A DNA stretch of 64,000 nucleotides, taken from positions 161,340 to 225,339 of the forward strand of contig CAVRCI010000011.1 in the NCBI GenBank assembly GCA_963719495.1, in the 5' to 3' direction. This DNA comes from an uncultured Verrucomicrobiae bacterium (GTDB lineage Bacteria; Verrucomicrobiota; Verrucomicrobiia; Chthoniobacterales; JAATET01). The position numbers and the translations under genes were made by a program. This document shows positions 45,427 through 56,267 of the stretch, in pieces; positions within the stretch are counted from its first letter, which is position 1, and every line of letters starts with the position of its first letter. The notes below the pieces were generated by a model that did no database searches, was not told the origin of the DNA, and worked only from the letters and a program-made list of their open reading frames with translations.

Positions 45427-48378
45427 ATGAACGATCGAATTTTGGTCAACGGGGCGGGGCTGGCGGGGATCGCGGCCGGGCTGGCCGCCGCGCGATCCGG
45501 TCAGCGTGTCCTGCTGCTGGATTCGGGGATCAGTCCGATCTGGGATTGGACCGAGACGCTCCGGTTCTCGCAGCCGATGCCGGGGGTGGCGGACCTGGCG
45601 GGACGCCTCCGGGTGGATCCTGGGGCTTTTGTTGAAAACAACGCCGGGGGTGCCGCGTTGCTCCATCCTTGCCAGTTGAAACGGTGCGCGGAGGATGCCC
45701 TGATCGAGGCGGGAGTCGAGTTGCTCTACGCTGCCGCCCCCTACGCGTGGGAATGTCGGGACGGGGCGCTGACGGTCTGGATCTCCAGTAAAAGCGAGAG
45801 TTTCCCGGTTTCGTGTCAGCGGATCATCGACGCCTCGCACGAGGCTCGGTTCGCGCCTGCTTTCTCGCCACCGGTCCTTCGGATCGCAGACGGCCCGACG
45901 ACCCGGTGGATCGAATTGACCGGGGTGCGATCCGACGAAATGCCGGGAAATCTCGCTGATCCGAAGCTTGGCCCCCTGCGAACGGCCAAGGCTTCGTCGC
46001 ACGACGGGCACTTCGTGGTGGGATTCACGCCTTCGAAATCCTGGACCGGAGCGCCCGGCACTCTCCACGAAGTGAACGGCACCACGCGCGCGGAAGCGCA
46101 CGAGCTGGCCACACGATTGATCGAAGCATCGCCCGCTTTCCGAGCCGCCAAGGTCGTGCGCATCGCCGAGATCGACGAGGCGGGGTCGCCGCGATTTTTT
46201 GCGCCCGAACATTCGTTCTTCCAAGTTGCGGGACCGGCCGCCCGCGAGTCCGGGGCCGAAGCCGGACGACTGGCCAACGATCCAGTTGCCCTGATGGAAC
46301 ACGCCGCCGGGGTCGCGTGCGCCGATGGCCCCGTTTCATCCGGAGTCCAGGCGTCCGGCAGCCTCCCTCTGGCCAGCATCACCACGGAGGTGCTGGTGGT
46401 GGGAGCGGGCACCTGCGGAGCCAGCGCCGCGATCGCCGCCGCCGAAGCGGGTGCCTCGGTGGTCGCCGCCGAGATGAATTCCGGGATGGGCGGCGTCGGG
46501 ACCGCCGGAGGGATCAACAGCTATTGGTTCGGCCGCCGGGTGGCGCAGAACAAGCGGCTCACCCTGGCCGTGCGTGATCTCGAGGACGCCGATGGCTACG
46601 CCGCAATGCCGCATTGGAAGATGAAAATGTGGCCCATCGAGAAGAAGAAGAACGTGCTGCACTCGATGGCGGGCGGAGCCGGAGTGGTCCCGCTCCTCCA
46701 GCACCGTCTCGTCACGCCCATCGTGGACGGAGAGCGGGTCGCGGGTGCCGTGCTCCTCGGCCCGGACAACCTCGTCGAAGTCCGCGCTCGTCTCACCATC
46801 GATGCGACCGGCGATGGGGACGTTGCCGCCGCGGCGGGTGCCGATTACCTCTACGGTGCGCGGCGAACGCAATCCACCATGTGGTTCACCCTGTCGTGGG
46901 GCGCCAAGCCGGGGATTTTCAGCAGTAATTTCACGAGTCAGGTCGATATCCGCGACGCCCACGATTACACCCGCGCCATCCTGGCCGGGCGACGTCGCGG
47001 TCAGGACCCCTGGGATCACGCGCCCTACCTCGGTCTTCGCGAATCGCGGCACATCCGCGGCGAGGTGTGGCCGACTCTGACCGATCAGCTTCGAAGGCGG
47101 CAGTGGCCGGACGCCATCGAGATCGCCTTCAGTAACCACGACGTCAAAGGCTACACCGAAAGCGACTGGCTGCGGCTCGGACTGATCCCACCAAATCTCG
47201 AAATCGAGATCCCGTATCGCGCGTTGGTTCCTCGGCGTCTGGATGGCCTGCTCCTCGCGGGGAAGGCGATTTCGGGAACGTCGGAGGCGCTTCCAGCCAT
47301 CCGAATGCAGGCCGACCTCGAGAACCTCGGCTACGCGATCGGGCTGGCCGCCGCCCGGTGTGTTCAGTCCGGCGTGGAGCCGCGCAACCTCGATGTCCGC
47401 CAGCTTCAGACCGAACTCGTGGGGAGGGGCCAGCTTCCCGATTCCCTCCTCGCGCGCAAGATTTCAGCCGCACCCGAGACCCCCGAGCGCATCGCTTCGC
47501 TGATCGCGCAACTCGACGACGCCGTCCCGCTCACGCGTTATCAGGACATGGAAATGGGCGACGCGTGGCGGGAAGAGATTCCGTTCGTCGAGCTTTGCGT
47601 GCTGGGGGAAAAGGCCGTTCCGCAAGTCGTCGCGGAGTTCGACCGCGAGGAGTCGCCTCGCCGTCTGACGTGCGCTCTCGTCCTCGCGTGGAACGGGGAA
47701 GCCCGGGTTCGCAAATACCTCGAGACCACGATCCGCTCCCGCCTCGCCCCGCACTCGGGCCTGCCCCCGGTCGAGCGCCCCGTGCGCTACGCCCATCCGT
47801 CCCCGGACCAGGGAAACATGCCGGAGGTGGCTTACCTGCTCAACGCGTTGGCCTTCGTCGCCACGCCCGGGACGGCACCATTGACCGACGAGATCGTCGA
47901 CCGCCTCGTCGTGACGGAAGACGGTTTTCTCGACGCTCGGTCCGGCACTTTCGACTACGTCGACGCCATTTGCGCGATCGCGTGCAAGATCGCCGATCCA
48001 GCGCTGATCCCACTCCTCGAGAAACTCCACGCCAAACCCCTGCTTCACGGAAATGTCCACCTCGGCGGATGCGAGAGCGACTACTTTCCCGAGCGCCGGG
48101 CCTTCCTCGAGGTCCAAATCGCCGAAGCCCTCGCGAGGTGCGGTGCTGCGGCGGGCGTCCGATTACTGAATTCGTTCCTCGGTGATTCCCGTGCTCCCAT
48201 CAGGAACGCGGCGAATCGGGTTTCGCGGATCCTCGGAGGATCGCCGGACCCAACCCCGCGACGTCGGCACCGGGACGGCGAGGATGAGATCGAGTGGGAG
48301 CGCGACTCCGCGCCCGGCGGAAACGGCGGTCCTACCGGGTGGAAGCTTCCTGCTGCTGGCGGCGAACCTCCTCCTTGA
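45427..48378 (+). CDS. FAD-dependent oxidoreductase with two tandem FAD modules and a helical C-terminus
   Basis: ILVNGAGLAGIAAG and VLVVGAGTCGASAA, IDATGDGDVA, RESRHIRG, IPYRALVP. Confidence 0.85.
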   Translation: MNDRILVNGAGLAGIAAGLAAARSGQRVLLLDSGISPIWDWTETLRFSQPMPGVADLAGRLRVDPGAFVENNAGGAALLHPCQLKRCAEDALIEAGVELLYAAAPYAWECRDGALTVWISSKSESFPVSCQRIIDASHEARFAPAFSPPVLRIADGPTTRWIELTGVRSDEMPGNLADPKLGPLRTAKASSHDGHFVVGFTPSKSWTGAPGTLHEVNGTTRAEAHELATRLIEASPAFRAAKVVRIAEIDEAGSPRFFAPEHSFFQVAGPAARESGAEAGRLANDPVALMEHAAGVACADGPVSSGVQASGSLPLASITTEVLVVGAGTCGASAAIAAAEAGASVVAAEMNSGMGGVGTAGGINSYWFGRRVAQNKRLTLAVRDLEDADGYAAMPHWKMKMWPIEKKKNVLHSMAGGAGVVPLLQHRLVTPIVDGERVAGAVLLGPDNLVEVRARLTIDATGDGDVAAAAGADYLYGARRTQSTMWFTLSWGAKPGIFSSNFTSQVDIRDAHDYTRAILAGRRRGQDPWDHAPYLGLRESRHIRGEVWPTLTDQLRRRQWPDAIEIAFSNHDVKGYTESDWLRLGLIPPNLEIEIPYRALVPRRLDGLLLAGKAISGTSEALPAIRMQADLENLGYAIGLAAARCVQSGVEPRNLDVRQLQTELVGRGQLPDSLLARKISAAPETPERIASLIAQLDDAVPLTRYQDMEMGDAWREEIPFVELCVLGEKAVPQVVAEFDREESPRRLTCALVLAWNGEARVRKYLETTIRSRLAPHSGLPPVERPVRYAHPSPDQGNMPEVAYLLNALAFVATPGTAPLTDEIVDRLVVTEDGFLDARSGTFDYVDAICAIACKIADPALIPLLEKLHAKPLLHGNVHLGGCESDYFPERRAFLEVQIAEALARCGAAAGVRLLNSFLGDSRAPIRNAANRVSRILGGSPDPTPRRRHRDGEDEIEWERDSAPGGNGGPTGWKLPAAGGEPPP

Positions 48379-49057
48379 TCTCCTGATCTTTCGCCCGGAA
48401 CTGGGCGGGGAGCTGAAGGGGCGCGCTTGGCGGTTCCATGAATTTGTAAACGAACGTCCCGGCGGGTCCCGAGACGGCGACCGGCAGTCGCGTAGTCGCA
48501 TCGATCCAGGCGGCCTGCTTGACCGGCACAGCCTCGACGTCCGAACCCTGAGACTCCGCCCGCGCGCGGTCGATCTCGCGGACTCCCTCGAACTCGAAGT
48601 AGTCACAGAGGACCTCCCCGAGTTTGACCGGATCTTTGCGATTCTCGATGCCCACCCAGTCCGTGCCGAAGAAGTGCCGCGACACGGTCACTCCGACGAT
48701 CCCCGGACCGACCTCTCCGCTCGAAACGAGGCCGTTGGTTTCAACGTAGATCTGGCCGCCATCGATCCACTCTGTCATCGAAGTTCCGCCGCGAAATTTT
48801 GTCTCAATCTTCTGGGTTGCGCCCGTTTTCATCACTTCGACGCTTTGCAGCGTTGGACTCCGCTTCGGTTGAGCGGTTCCCGCCGATTCCGTCGCTGACC
48901 GCTCAGCGGTGCCTCCGGTGTCATCGCGGAGGGACAGTGCCCAGTGACCGCGATCCGGGACGGGTGCGACGAGAGGATCGGCCGAACTTTGTGCCCAAGC
49001 CGAGGCCGGGCCTATGGTGGCCAGCAGTGGAGCCAGCAGAATTGCGTATTTATTCAT
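48332..49057 (-). CDS. Hypothetical secreted protein following the pseudopilin cassette
   Basis: ATG at 49057, signal peptide MNKYAILLAPLL; AWIDATTRLPV. Confidence 0.65.
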   Translation of the reverse strand: MNKYAILLAPLLATIGPASAWAQSSADPLVAPVPDRGHWALSLRDDTGGTAERSATESAGTAQPKRSPTLQSVEVMKTGATQKIETKFRGGTSMTEWIDGGQIYVETNGLVSSGEVGPGIVGVTVSRHFFGTDWVGIENRKDPVKLGEVLCDYFEFEGVREIDRARAESQGSDVEAVPVKQAAWIDATTRLPVAVSGPAGTFVYKFMEPPSAPLQLPAQFRAKDQEIKEEVRRQQQEASTR

Positions 49058-52000
49058 AGACGGTTTCCAGCGAAGAATCGACGACCTCCCCGGTGAAGCG
49101 GTCAATGGCCACGTGCAGCCAGAATCGCCGGGAACCCTCGACGTTGAAAGCCGCCAGATCGGCGGCTCCAGGCGCAAAGCGGCCCACTTCGGCGACGACG
49201 TCGATCAACAGATTCCACGTCCGCGTCTGGGTGTTGGGGGCGAGCGCGCGGACGGCGGCTTCGCGTTGGGTCTTGATGGCGGGTAGAGCCGCGCTCACCA
49301 CCCCGGGCGAGAGCGCGCCCAAGACGTCCGATCGATTCAGAAGCTTGGTCGATTGGGTCGCGGCCACGATCTGCTCGGCGAGCGTCTCGGCGTCTGCGGG
49401 GCTGATGGCGTCGCCTCCACTGACCTCGTTGCGAATGGCGCCGCTCAGCAACGCCTGGAGGACCTCTGGATTCCGGGTATTGATCGATACGCGACCGGCC
49501 ACCACGTCGGATTCCTCCAGCGAGAAGATGTCCAGCAGACCCGCGTCGGCCGATTGATTGGAGAAAAGGTCGAGTGTCTTCCAAGGGACATCGCGGAAGA
49601 CGTAGCCGATCTCACCGATGGATCGAAAGGGGCGATTGAGGATGATCGGACGGGCGGATTGATTGAAGAGGGGATCAGCGGCTGCACCCAAATACGCATC
49701 GCCCGGGCGCTTGACGCCATCCAAATCGGGAACGGCGTTGGTTCCCTGATTGGCCGCGAGAACACTGGGATACTCCGGCGCTCTCGGGCTGTGATCCTGC
49801 CAAAGTCGCTGGTTCGTCGGCCCGGTTGTCTGGTTGGCGGTTCCTTGAAAATCAAAGCCCGATCGGAATCGAAAAGTCCGCGGGTCGGTCTTCGGTAGAG
49901 AGCGGTTTGCGTTTGCCGCGTTATTGTTATCGCTTGGTCCATAACCATTTTCATTCCCCATGAAGGGCTGAGCACCCCCCTGGATTCCGGTCGTTCCTTC
50001 GTCCGTGGCGTGCCCGGCGAAAGTCGTGTAGGGATGCCAACCGCCATCAGCTCCTTGGAATTCGAGTATCGGCACGAACGATCTCAAGTGAAGTGCCGTG
50101 AAGACCGAGCCCGAATTTAACTCCGCTGGTTTAGCGAGATCCACCTCTAATAAGTTCCAACCGCTCACTTCTGGACTGAGTTCCGTGAGGCGAGTCTCCG
50201 GCTCGATGGAGTTGTCAGCCAACCGGGGGTTCCCCTGGTAGCTGGCCAAGTTCGGCAAAGTGATGCTCGTGGTGGGGAACGGCAGAGACGGCGCCTTTGG
50301 ATCCTGCCCGGAGACGGTCGTTTTGTACCCGATGTCAGGGCTGGACTGCACGTAACTCATCATCACGCGCGCGCCCGAATTCGAACGAATGCTGACTTGG
50401 CTCGGGCCGTCCGACGGGATCGGACCTTGGTGGGGATTCCAAAGTTCGAAGTAGCAATAGAGCGTGCCGTTGGCGCTGTCGAAGGGCTGCTCTCCGTTCG
50501 GTCGGCGGAAACGGGCCTTGAAGAAAATTTCGCTGAAATACGGGAGACTCTCGATCCCGTAGACCTCGTTCGAGCCGATGCGGATCGTCGTTGGGAAATT
50601 GTCGGCGTCGAATTGATCGGCGAGGTTGGCGACCATCCGCGCGATCTGGTGGTGGGGGTTGACTTCGGGCGAATAACTGGTGGCTCCCCCGCTTTCCTTG
50701 ATGACACCGTCGTTGCCGACGAAGACTCCAAGCGATTGGTTCTTGATTGCGGCCTTCATCAGCTCGAACAAATCAGGTGCACGCCCCGCGTCGAGCGCCT
50801 GCTGCAGCGTGCCAATGGTTGGCGCTCGGTAAACCCAAGCCCGAAAATCCCCGTCGGCGTCGGTCGCGGGGGTCAATCCGAAGAGCTCTTCGATTTCTGC
50901 CTCGTCATCGACGTTTAGCGCCGATGGGTCCTGTTCCAGCAACTCGAACTTTCCGATTGGAAAACGCGGAATCGATTTGCCGTCGAAAGTGAGCCGACTG
51001 AACTCGGGATTGAGAGCCGGGTTGGCGCCTGCCTTGATCGACGCGCTGTTCTGTTCCCGGCTGAAGGTGCCGAGGTAGGGGAGCGCGTCGTTGAAGCCCT
51101 CTCGTCCCGCGTAGTCGATCAGGTCCTGCCGACCGAGGAACGTGTTGTCGCTCCCGGACGCGTCGCCCATGACCTCGAGGAACCCCGCTTCGGCCCCCTT
51201 CGAGACGAAGAGATTCGGGTAGTCGGACCGCGACCAAGCGTTGCGCCAGTTGACGAGTCCTTCCGCTTGGCTGCCATCGAGTCCCGGGATGCGGGTCAGG
51301 TCGGCGAAGCCGACGAATGCCTTGCCGCCCTTTTCCGCGGCGGACGGCGCTCCAGCTCCGGTCGGCGCTCCGGCGAGGTTGATGTCGAGGAGGCCGCCCT
51401 CGTCGTAGATCGTGTAGGCGAAACGGCCGAGCACGTATTGGGGGCTGTCGCGGTCCGCCAATGGTGCCGAGAAGCCGGAGAGCGCGTCAGCTCCCGAGCG
51501 GGTGACGTAGATCCAATCCGGTGCCGTGAATGAATTCGGGAACCGCAGAAGGCCTGGCTTGTTCCAGCGGGCGGCGCTGACCGATCGACGATTTGCGGAG
51601 GGCGTCGAGGTCGGCACGGCCGAGGCGCGAACGGGCGGCAGGTCGGCGGATTCGTAATCCGTTCCGGGGTAGGCGGCGTTGACCGCCCCGGCATCCGCCA
51701 GACTCCGGCGGATGAGATTAGGTTCGACGTTCGCCCCCGAGCCGTTGCCGTAGCGGGCGGGGACGATGGAGGCGGCGGTCTTCGGAACGTAGATTTTCCC
51801 GGCGGCACCCGCCGGGACGCGGTCGACGGCATTGGATCCCGCCACGATCTCGCGTTGCAGGTCCCCGACGATCAGATCGAGGGCGCCGCGACCCAGTTCT
51901 TCGGCCTTCGCGGACTGCGCGTAGTTGCGGCTGGCCGCCCGATCCGTCTGGTTGACCGTGATGAGCGTCACGAGGAGGATGGTGACGACGACGAGAATCG

Positions 52001-52058
52001 ACAGGACGATGACCAGTGCGACGCCGCGTTCGGGGTGGGGACGGGGGAAGGAGTTCAT
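49050..52058 (-). CDS. Verru_Chthon cassette protein A-like (large PilX/GspK-like protein)
   Basis: ERGVALVIVLSILVVVTILLV, GRFAYTIYDE, RPFRSIGEIGY, GRVSINTR; 1002 aa. Confidence 0.75.
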   Translation of the reverse strand: MNSFPRPHPERGVALVIVLSILVVVTILLVTLITVNQTDRAASRNYAQSAKAEELGRGALDLIVGDLQREIVAGSNAVDRVPAGAAGKIYVPKTAASIVPARYGNGSGANVEPNLIRRSLADAGAVNAAYPGTDYESADLPPVRASAVPTSTPSANRRSVSAARWNKPGLLRFPNSFTAPDWIYVTRSGADALSGFSAPLADRDSPQYVLGRFAYTIYDEGGLLDINLAGAPTGAGAPSAAEKGGKAFVGFADLTRIPGLDGSQAEGLVNWRNAWSRSDYPNLFVSKGAEAGFLEVMGDASGSDNTFLGRQDLIDYAGREGFNDALPYLGTFSREQNSASIKAGANPALNPEFSRLTFDGKSIPRFPIGKFELLEQDPSALNVDDEAEIEELFGLTPATDADGDFRAWVYRAPTIGTLQQALDAGRAPDLFELMKAAIKNQSLGVFVGNDGVIKESGGATSYSPEVNPHHQIARMVANLADQFDADNFPTTIRIGSNEVYGIESLPYFSEIFFKARFRRPNGEQPFDSANGTLYCYFELWNPHQGPIPSDGPSQVSIRSNSGARVMMSYVQSSPDIGYKTTVSGQDPKAPSLPFPTTSITLPNLASYQGNPRLADNSIEPETRLTELSPEVSGWNLLEVDLAKPAELNSGSVFTALHLRSFVPILEFQGADGGWHPYTTFAGHATDEGTTGIQGGAQPFMGNENGYGPSDNNNAANANRSLPKTDPRTFRFRSGFDFQGTANQTTGPTNQRLWQDHSPRAPEYPSVLAANQGTNAVPDLDGVKRPGDAYLGAAADPLFNQSARPIILNRPFRSIGEIGYVFRDVPWKTLDLFSNQSADAGLLDIFSLEESDVVAGRVSINTRNPEVLQALLSGAIRNEVSGGDAISPADAETLAEQIVAATQSTKLLNRSDVLGALSPGVVSAALPAIKTQREAAVRALAPNTQTRTWNLLIDVVAEVGRFAPGAADLAAFNVEGSRRFWLHVAIDRFTGEVVDSSLETVYE

Positions 52059-52846
52059 CGAGTTGGGAGGGGGATGGTGCGCTCGGAAATCCGCAGCCCG
52101 GCGCGAACCGGCTCCGGAAAATCGGCGGGTGGGAGGTTGTCGATCACGTCTCCCCAGTGGCGGAGGTAATTGGACGTTGGATTGCTCGATTGCAACGAGA
52201 AGCGCGACTGCAACGCGCCGAGTTTCCCGGTGTCTTCGAGCACCTGGAGCGCGCGATCGTCAGCCATGGCCAGGGCGATTCCGAGCGCGCGGGTCTGGCT
52301 GTCGTATTGCGACTGATACTGTCCCGACGCGTCGATAAAATAGATGGCGAACCTCACGACGCCGTGAACGATTTCCTGATAGTCCGCCGGCGTGAGGCTG
52401 GCGAAGCCCGCGACGGAACCCGGGCTGCCGAAGCCAATCCCAGCGGTGTCCGACCAGAGAACCGACTGGCTGGCGCGGAGCAGGTTCGCGCCGGTCGAGT
52501 CGAAGTCGTAGGCGATCAAGGACAAGGCTCGATCTCCGCCGACGCCGGGCCTGCGCGTGTAAAATGTGGGCGTGGACCCCGTGCCGTCCGGCGGAAAAGC
52601 CCCGAGGTCGGGGCGGAAGACACCTCCCGAAATGTCCTGTCCGACCAGATCGAGCGCCGCCCGCGCCCGCGTCGACGTGTCGGCGCGGCGCAGTCCCTGG
52701 CTCACGGAACTCGACGTGAGTCCGCTGAGCTGACCGAGCGCGACGACGAGGAGAGCGAGCACCGCCATCGCGACGAGCAACTCGATGAGGGTGAATCCCC
52801 GGGCGCGGTTCCGCGCCGACGGGGGGGCGGATTGTCGACGCCTCAT
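52055..52846 (-). CDS. Prepilin-type protein (Verru_Chthon C / GspJ-like)
   Basis: RGFTLIELLVAMAVLALL N-methylation motif. Confidence 0.8.
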   Translation of the reverse strand: MRRRQSAPPSARNRARGFTLIELLVAMAVLALLVVALGQLSGLTSSSVSQGLRRADTSTRARAALDLVGQDISGGVFRPDLGAFPPDGTGSTPTFYTRRPGVGGDRALSLIAYDFDSTGANLLRASQSVLWSDTAGIGFGSPGSVAGFASLTPADYQEIVHGVVRFAIYFIDASGQYQSQYDSQTRALGIALAMADDRALQVLEDTGKLGALQSRFSLQSSNPTSNYLRHWGDVIDNLPPADFPEPVRAGLRISERTIPLPTR

Positions 52847-53373
52847 GGCTGCAGAAGGACGAAGGAGCGGGTTTCGAATCGCGTCTGGACGACACCGCCA
52901 CCCGGCGCGCCGGGCAGCTCTCCCGGCTCCGCCTGCCAAGGCGTCACGAGTGAAAGGTAGATCTCCGCGAGGCGCTCCGTCGGGTTCCGGCTCAGCGCGT
53001 AGTCGAGGCGGTAAAATTTCTCAGCCGCGCTGGTGGTGGGTTCACCGTCCTCGGTCAGGTAAACGGTGTCGCGGTAAGGCTGGCCGCCCGCGGTGATGAC
53101 CGGCGACTTCGTGGCGTCGTCGAGGGGCGGGAGGATGGGATCCGGAATCGTTGCCGTGGGCGCCGCCCGGCGTTCGCCGATGATCGCCGTCGCCAGATTG
53201 GCCATGTCGACCTCGGCCCGCGCTTCGCTGCCATTTTGCAGCCCCCCCGCCAGCAGACCCACGATGGCGACCAGCGCGAACGCCACGATCCCGAGGGCGA
53301 GCGTCACTTCCACGAGCGAAAATCCTGCGGTCTTCACCGCAGGGCGGGCGGCCAGCGGACGAACTTTCATCAC
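52843..53373 (-). CDS. Prepilin-type protein (Verru_Chthon B / GspI-like)
   Basis: AGFSLVEVTLALGIVAFALVAIVGLL. Confidence 0.8.
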   Translation of the reverse strand: MMKVRPLAARPAVKTAGFSLVEVTLALGIVAFALVAIVGLLAGGLQNGSEARAEVDMANLATAIIGERRAAPTATIPDPILPPLDDATKSPVITAGGQPYRDTVYLTEDGEPTTSAAEKFYRLDYALSRNPTERLAEIYLSLVTPWQAEPGELPGAPGGGVVQTRFETRSFVLLQP

Positions 53374-54080
53374 CGATAAACCCGTTGCGCTCCGGTCGGC
53401 CCGTTCAACTGAATGAGCGCGATCTTCGAATCGGCGCCGGCATTCTCGATGGCGGGACGAACCGCGATGTCGGCAAAAGCGACCGGACTCGGCGCCACGG
53501 CGGCTTCCCCGCGCGGCGTGAAGACGGCGACCCGGTCGAACGCCGTCGCGCCGCCGCCGCTCCGCAGATTGAACTTCGTTCCCTGGGCGAGATTTTCGCC
53601 GGTCTCCGACGGGCGATTGTCAGCCGGCAGGTCGGAGGCGGAAGCACTCGTGTCCAACTTGGCCCCATCGAGCCAGATCACTTTGTTGATCGGAGCGACT
53701 TGGGCGGACGGCGAGGAAACGTTCACCGTCTCGTTCCAGCCGACCGATTTCGTGCCGTCGAGCGAGGCCACGACGGCGATCCCGACGCGCCCGGTCGGCT
53801 GATCCGCCGATGGCGCTTCGTTGGCGAAAGCGACCCACACGTAGGTGTTGTTGGCGATGGCGTATTGACGAGCCTGGTCGAGCACGCCCGAGAGTTTCGC
53901 GACGTTTCCGCTGAAGGTATTCGAACGAAAAACACCGCTCCCGACCTGGGCTCCGAGCGCGAGCATCACCGAGATGACTCCCATGACGACCAGCAACTCG
54001 ATGAGACTGAAACCGGCGGCGCGACGCGCGATTTTTGGACTCGTTACCTCGGCGGGATGGGGGTGTCGGATGCTGGTCAT
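53370..54080 (-). CDS. Prepilin-type protein (Verru_Chthon D / GspH-like)
   Basis: AGFSLIELLVVMGVI, LDQARQYAIANNTYVWV, FTPRGEA, IQLNGPTG. Confidence 0.8.
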   Translation of the reverse strand: MTSIRHPHPAEVTSPKIARRAAGFSLIELLVVMGVISVMLALGAQVGSGVFRSNTFSGNVAKLSGVLDQARQYAIANNTYVWVAFANEAPSADQPTGRVGIAVVASLDGTKSVGWNETVNVSSPSAQVAPINKVIWLDGAKLDTSASASDLPADNRPSETGENLAQGTKFNLRSGGGATAFDRVAVFTPRGEAAVAPSPVAFADIAVRPAIENAGADSKIALIQLNGPTGAQRVYR

Positions 54081-54218
54081 TGGGGGATGGAATTGCCGGA
54101 AAAAACGATACACCTCGCTCTGTCCTTCAATCACGTTCGGCAATGATACGCTCCGCCGCAAATGGTGGTCTGCGCACAACGTTGCATTGACCGGAATCCG
54201 AGTGGCCGCGTGGCGGTC

Positions 54219-56267
54219 TCAGACCGATTGGGAATGGATGGACAAGTGACGCTCGACGCCGTCCAGGGGAAGGCGGATCCGGAGGGTGTTGGCGTCCCAG
54301 GTGAAGGGGACGGGGGCCGACGGGCCGGTATCCGTCACTTCCCGGGGAGCTTCCGCGCTCCAGCCGACGATGGATCCTCCCGCGGTGCTGGTCACTCGGA
54401 GGTGATCCGGACTTGTCCCCGGACGGACGTCCACGGTCGCGGCTCCCGCCAGCAGGTCCTCCGGACCGAAGATCGCCATTCCGTTTTCCACGGGTGCGAC
54501 GAGGATGATTTCCCACTCCCCCGCGGCCAAAAGCAAATCGACGTGGAAATCGTCGTCCGGATCGTTCGTGATACCGGCGCGATGGAGTCGGGTCGCGCAG
54601 CGCGCGGTGGGGAGCCGCGGGACGTCGGCCCGCCCGACGCGAATCTTCTTTGGTTCTCCTGATCCGGGTTCCCGGAGATCGAAAACGCCGACCGCCGTCA
54701 CGCTGGGTCCTTCGTTCCAGATGATCAACGGACTCTCGCCCGGCGAGCCGAAGAGAGAGTTCCCCGACGGGGTGGGTGGGCCCGGGAACCCCGGAGCCTT
54801 CCCGTTCGGAAGGACCAGTGTCCGGAGGACTTCGAAATCATGACAACCGGGTTTGTCGGAGACGTAGATTGGTCCGCCGCTGAGCGCGCGCCCAGCCGCG
54901 TGAAAAGAAGCCCGGGGATGGCGGGACTGGAACATGTCCCAGTCCGGCCGGAAGAATTTACCCAGCCAGAGTGAGACGAGGGCGTTGGCCCAAAGGTGTT
55001 TGCCGTGACTGGAAGGGATGTTGGGCCAGAAATCCGTCGAGGTTCGAATCAGGGCGCTTTGCGCTTCCGGTTGGAGAATCTCGTTGCCGTGGCACATGCA
55101 GTTCATGACCGTCCCGGCGAAATGCCGCTGGGCCGCCGCCTCGAAAGCCCGGCGGTAGCTTTTGCAAAGACCGACCCGCCCGCCCAGGCCGTCCGCCAGC
55201 GACTCCAGCACGCTTTGATTGTCGATTTTGACGCCGTCCACGCCACAGGCGGACACGTGCCGGTAGAAGGCATCGTAGAAGTCGCTCGCTTCCCGGGGAT
55301 GCACCAAGCCGCAGACGGCGCCCCATTTTTCCGCCTTGCCCTCGGGCCAGGCGGCGAGAAGGTCCGCAGGGTAGGCTCGTTGGGTTTCGACGATTTCCCA
55401 CGGACCCGTGGCGCCCGGAGCCGCCCCGCCCCAGTAGCCGGTCACGGAATGCCACGTCAGAAAAAACCGGACGCCATGCCGGGATTTCACTTCATCCACC
55501 AGCGGCTTCAGGCCACCGGGAAACTTCCGGTCCTGCGCCGAGAACGATTCGAGTCGGTCCTCCCCGGCGGGAAACTGACGGACCTCCTGCCAACCATCGT
55601 CCAGGATCATGAATCCGGGTCGAATCCCTCCCGCCGCCAGGGTGGAGAGCCCGTGTTTGACCTTCTCCGCGGAAACGTCGTGGTAGAAGGCATCCCACGT
55701 GCACCAACCGAAGTAGCCGACCAATTCCGGGACTTGCTTCCGCGGCAGCAAGCGGACGCCGAATCGCTCGTGGAGGGCGCGGGCGGCCCGATCGATCAAC
55801 GCGAACGGGTCCGCTCCGGCAGCGATCAGGGCCGCCGGGCCGCTCGTCGCCGTGGTGAGGGGGTCTCCTGTCTCCGCGACGAGTTCCACCGCGCTCCCGC
55901 CTCCACGCAGCGCGCAGCGGAAGGTATCGACGGCCAGAGGCACGATCACGACGTGACATCCATCGGTCCGCCGGAGGAGGAGGAATTGGGTTTCCTTCGG
56001 AAGCAGATCGAGGTGGTCGCCCACTTCGGGTTCCATCCAGAAAGCCTCCTTTCGCGTGAAGGCCAGATAGCGATCCACCCGTGGGAATGTCCCCAGCGTC
56101 AGCACCGCGCGTGAGCTGAGTTCATCGAGTTGCAGCTCGATCAGAGTGCACTCGCCGCAAGGCGTCGACCGCAGGCGGGAGTCCATCCCGTCGCAAACCA
56201 GAATCCCGCCGAGTTCGAGGGACTCCGACGACGCCATCTCGTCCGGTCTGGTGAGGAGGCCGTTCAT
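54219..56267 (-). CDS. Sip1/raffinose-synthase-type GH36 alpha-galactosidase
   Basis: FWM.P, FGWCTWDAFY, ILDDGWQ, GYWGG, GVDGVKID, NCMCH, PDWDMFQS.H, GGPIYVSDKPG. Confidence 0.9.
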   Translation of the reverse strand: MNGLLTRPDEMASSESLELGGILVCDGMDSRLRSTPCGECTLIELQLDELSSRAVLTLGTFPRVDRYLAFTRKEAFWMEPEVGDHLDLLPKETQFLLLRRTDGCHVVIVPLAVDTFRCALRGGGSAVELVAETGDPLTTATSGPAALIAAGADPFALIDRAARALHERFGVRLLPRKQVPELVGYFGWCTWDAFYHDVSAEKVKHGLSTLAAGGIRPGFMILDDGWQEVRQFPAGEDRLESFSAQDRKFPGGLKPLVDEVKSRHGVRFFLTWHSVTGYWGGAAPGATGPWEIVETQRAYPADLLAAWPEGKAEKWGAVCGLVHPREASDFYDAFYRHVSACGVDGVKIDNQSVLESLADGLGGRVGLCKSYRRAFEAAAQRHFAGTVMNCMCHGNEILQPEAQSALIRTSTDFWPNIPSSHGKHLWANALVSLWLGKFFRPDWDMFQSRHPRASFHAAGRALSGGPIYVSDKPGCHDFEVLRTLVLPNGKAPGFPGPPTPSGNSLFGSPGESPLIIWNEGPSVTAVGVFDLREPGSGEPKKIRVGRADVPRLPTARCATRLHRAGITNDPDDDFHVDLLLAAGEWEIILVAPVENGMAIFGPEDLLAGAATVDVRPGTSPDHLRVTSTAGGSIVGWSAEAPREVTDTGPSAPVPFTWDANTLRIRLPLDGVERHLSIHSQSV

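Noticed and set aside
48332..48378. 47-bp convergent overlap of two genes as a regulatory feature
   Set aside because: The oxidoreductase tail is low-complexity, so simple stop-codon drift explains it.
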